Assembly: GCF_902459465.1 (NCBI RefSeq)
Contig: NC_047071.1
Span: 2,976,001-3,040,000 of the forward strand
Direction of reading: 5' to 3'
Length of the DNA: 64,000 nucleotides
DNA from: Asterias rubens
Lineage: Eukaryota
Shown here piece after piece: positions 61,237 to 64,000 of the stretch. Below the pieces are notes generated by a model, which worked only from the letters and a program-made list of their open reading frames with translations, ran no database searches and was not told the origin of the DNA. The position numbers and the translations under genes were made by a program. Numbering within the stretch: the stretch's first letter is position 1; the number at the start of each line of letters is the position of its first letter.

Positions 61237-64000
61237 AGAACAATTTGTGCATGGTAACTAGACGACGAACTCAGTTATCGCGAAGCAGCATTGCATGTCC
61301 GGAGGGGATCTGACTATCTAAAATAGACCGAAGTTTGCAAGTTGAGGGCGCTATTTTAAATTGAAATTATTGGAAATATGTTGGGTTTTATTTTAGTTTC
61401 GGTCTTCCATAAACCACAAGGCAATTTCATTCACAACTATTATTTTTAACATTTCTTTCCTCTATAATTAACCCCCAAAATGACGATAAATGTATGTTCT
61501 GTGAGTTACTAGTTTTAACAAAGGGTGTAAATGCCATAAGTTAAACCTTAGTTTCAAAACATTGATGACATTTACCACCACCTTTTGGCCCAATTTCATG
61601 GAGCTAATGCTTACACAGAAAGTATTGCTAAACAATTGTCTATTGAGCTGAAATGAGGACACCAATCACAAATTGTAGATGCTACTTGTTGTGCTTGGCT
61701 ACTTTCCATAAAATTTGGCCAAGGATTTAATAGAATTTGAGGAGCCCTTTTCAGGTCTGAATTTTTTTTACCATTTACTAGTTTCACTATAATCTATGGA
61801 CATAAAAAGTCAGATCTCTGACAACATTCTGAAATTTCTCATCACCATTTGTTCAAGTGTACATCTTTGCACGTCTGTCTATTGCCTATTAAATTGGTAA
61901 AATCTGGACTTTTAAAAGTGAAAAATAACAAATCAAGCTATAAATGTAATTTCAATGTTTTAGAAAGTTTTGTGTCCATTTACACCAGAGCTTAATAAAA
62001 CTCTATGATTTACATGCAGAAAATGCATGTTTTTACCGTTGTCATCTTATCTTTTAGTAAATGGCACAAAAAGGAGTGGTAAAAATCATGGGCTTGAGAA
62101 ATGCAAACAGAAACTAGAATTTTAACTGCCCAGAAGTGTCCCCTACCGACCGCGGTGGGGGCCCGGCACGGGGCCCCGACTCGGTGGAAAGACGGTGTTC
62201 TGGGTGCACGGCAAAGTGCAAAGTCGGGTGCACTCGTAGGAGAGGTGGCTCGTGGCTAGAAGAAATGGAGCACCCCTTGAACCCATAAAATGTACTGTAC
62301 ACAATTATGTAAAATTATTTTTTACAATAAAACAAAATTACAAACAATATTTATTTCTTTAAAAATGTTTATTGATCAGACACTGAAACACCAAAATACA
62401 AACTCTAATACAAACTCTAATACAAACTTGTGTGGAAGACAAAATACAATATAGGCCTAATTTGTGCATACATGTAAAATGTTTAAATCTAATAAAAGAA
62501 AAATTCTCTTTAAAAGTTAACAAGGATATATTCCAGTCATTTACTGAGAGTAGAAAAATATTGTTCAAATCGACTAATATTGTTAAGACTAGTTCTGAAT
62601 AAAGAAATGATCATGGAAAGCACATAATAATAGTGAACGTAAAAAAAGGAGTTATTTTCAGATTGATACAAACAGAGTTGTGTCATACCATAAATAATTT
62701 CTCACAAGAAATGAAACTGTTACACAAGGTTCAGAGACCATAGAAATTAAAATGAACCTCCACCCAAAACAACTGGTGACCGTTTTTACTTTCACTAGAA
62801 AGAATGTAACAGCATAACAGTGGGAATGTGTTTCAATGATTGCTCAAAAAGGTAGGCTCTATACTTGATACGAAATTCTTAATTTTGATAAAAGACTGTT
62901 TGAAATGAACATTCAGAAAAGGTATACATCAAGTTTTAAAGTTTCAGGTTTAACAAAATCACAACAAATTCAAAAACTTTTTTTCAAACTTTGATTCTTC
63001 TTTAAGAAATTATCCAGTTGGTTCTACCATTCTGAAGTCAATTTTATTTATCAATGATTTACTTTAAATGTTACAAGAATACACACATCAGAAAGACCGT
63101 AACTTTTTCAGTTCTTAAAAAAAAAATAACATGGCTCGAGTATATACAACTTTTAAATCATTCTTACAAAATATAGAGTTTGTATGTAAAAAAAAGCTGC
63201 AGTATTGTTTAGTGCCAGTACAAAACATACTTGATTAAAAATAGTGTCAGTACAAATACTTGAGTTTGGTAGAGTTTTATTTGTTACAAAAACGCACCAG
63301 GAATACAAAACTCAGGTTCGCACACAATATGGACTATTTTTTCCTCTCTTTTTGGCGACTGCTTTACTTCTTTCACAAAAATCTGAAGGCTCAATGAGGT
63401 TTTGAATGACCCTGAAACCAGGAAAAATCCAGATACATCACATGCCTGAAACTGATCAATGAAACTGAATCGAGCCAGCCTCGTATGACAGAGCAATTTA
63501 AAAGAAACCTTCTGAACGATGCCAGTAACTCTCCAATACTTTTAGGACTTTCTATTGTCACTTAAGTGAAATTATATATAGTTCAAAATCAGGAAGAGAT
63601 TTGGACATGCACAACCTTAAAAAACTCTTTTCACTTCATTCATAAAAAAATTGCTTTTACACTTAAAGTTCTAAAGATAGTGAAAAAATACTCCAATTAA
63701 TAAATTTACTATTGATAATATACTTGGTCATAATACAAAAAAAAAATCATACCCCAAAAACAAACAATGAAAGATAAATACAAATATACACACTTATGAT
63801 ATATAGCTGATCGTTAAATTCAAAGCTCAAGGCACTAGTGTTATTATAACCATAGAGTCAATCACCATCATTATTTAAATTTTTATATCAAACAAGAAAA
63901 AAGTACTGGGAGAAACAAAATGTTGATAGAAACGAGGGGCCAATTTCATAAAGCAAGCAAAAAATGGTGCTGAGCAAAATTCCCGCTAATTAGGGAACCA

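Overview
This is a gene-dense, AT-rich, intron-containing eukaryotic (animal) window. The gene and SINE content suggests an invertebrate deuterostome, plausibly an echinoderm, but that is an inference. I reconstructed six spliced genes by hand from splice signals and recognisable protein motifs: HERC1 (minus, 5' part only, runs off the left edge), a glucose-6-phosphate 1-epimerase (plus, head-to-head with HERC1), BTBD1/2 (minus), an SLC27A/FATP acyl-CoA synthetase (minus), FKBP8 (minus) and RPS17 (minus). A seventh, JTB (plus), lies head-to-head with FKBP8. Introns and intergenic DNA hold many MITEs (TTAA/Kolobok-like, Harbinger-like, hAT-like), tRNA-derived SINEs (Deu- and Meta-like cores), L2/CR1 fragments and Penelope-like element (PLE) pieces. 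The most notable observations are: (1) an intact 428-aa pogo/Fot1-like transposase ORF in HERC1 intron 1, with a splice acceptor directly before its ATG and its own polyA signal, which looks like a domesticated transposase expressed from the HERC1 promoter as an alternative terminal exon; (2) a very young PLE insertion with 365-bp inverted arms, a GIY-YIG fragment and minimal hammerhead ribozyme motifs with a variant core, plus a miniature insertion with the same architecture; (3) a duplicated JTB C-terminus in the 3' UTR that differs only at synonymous sites; (4) a small direct-repeat element built around a tRNA-like Pol III cassette. All exon structures are manual predictions without transcript evidence.
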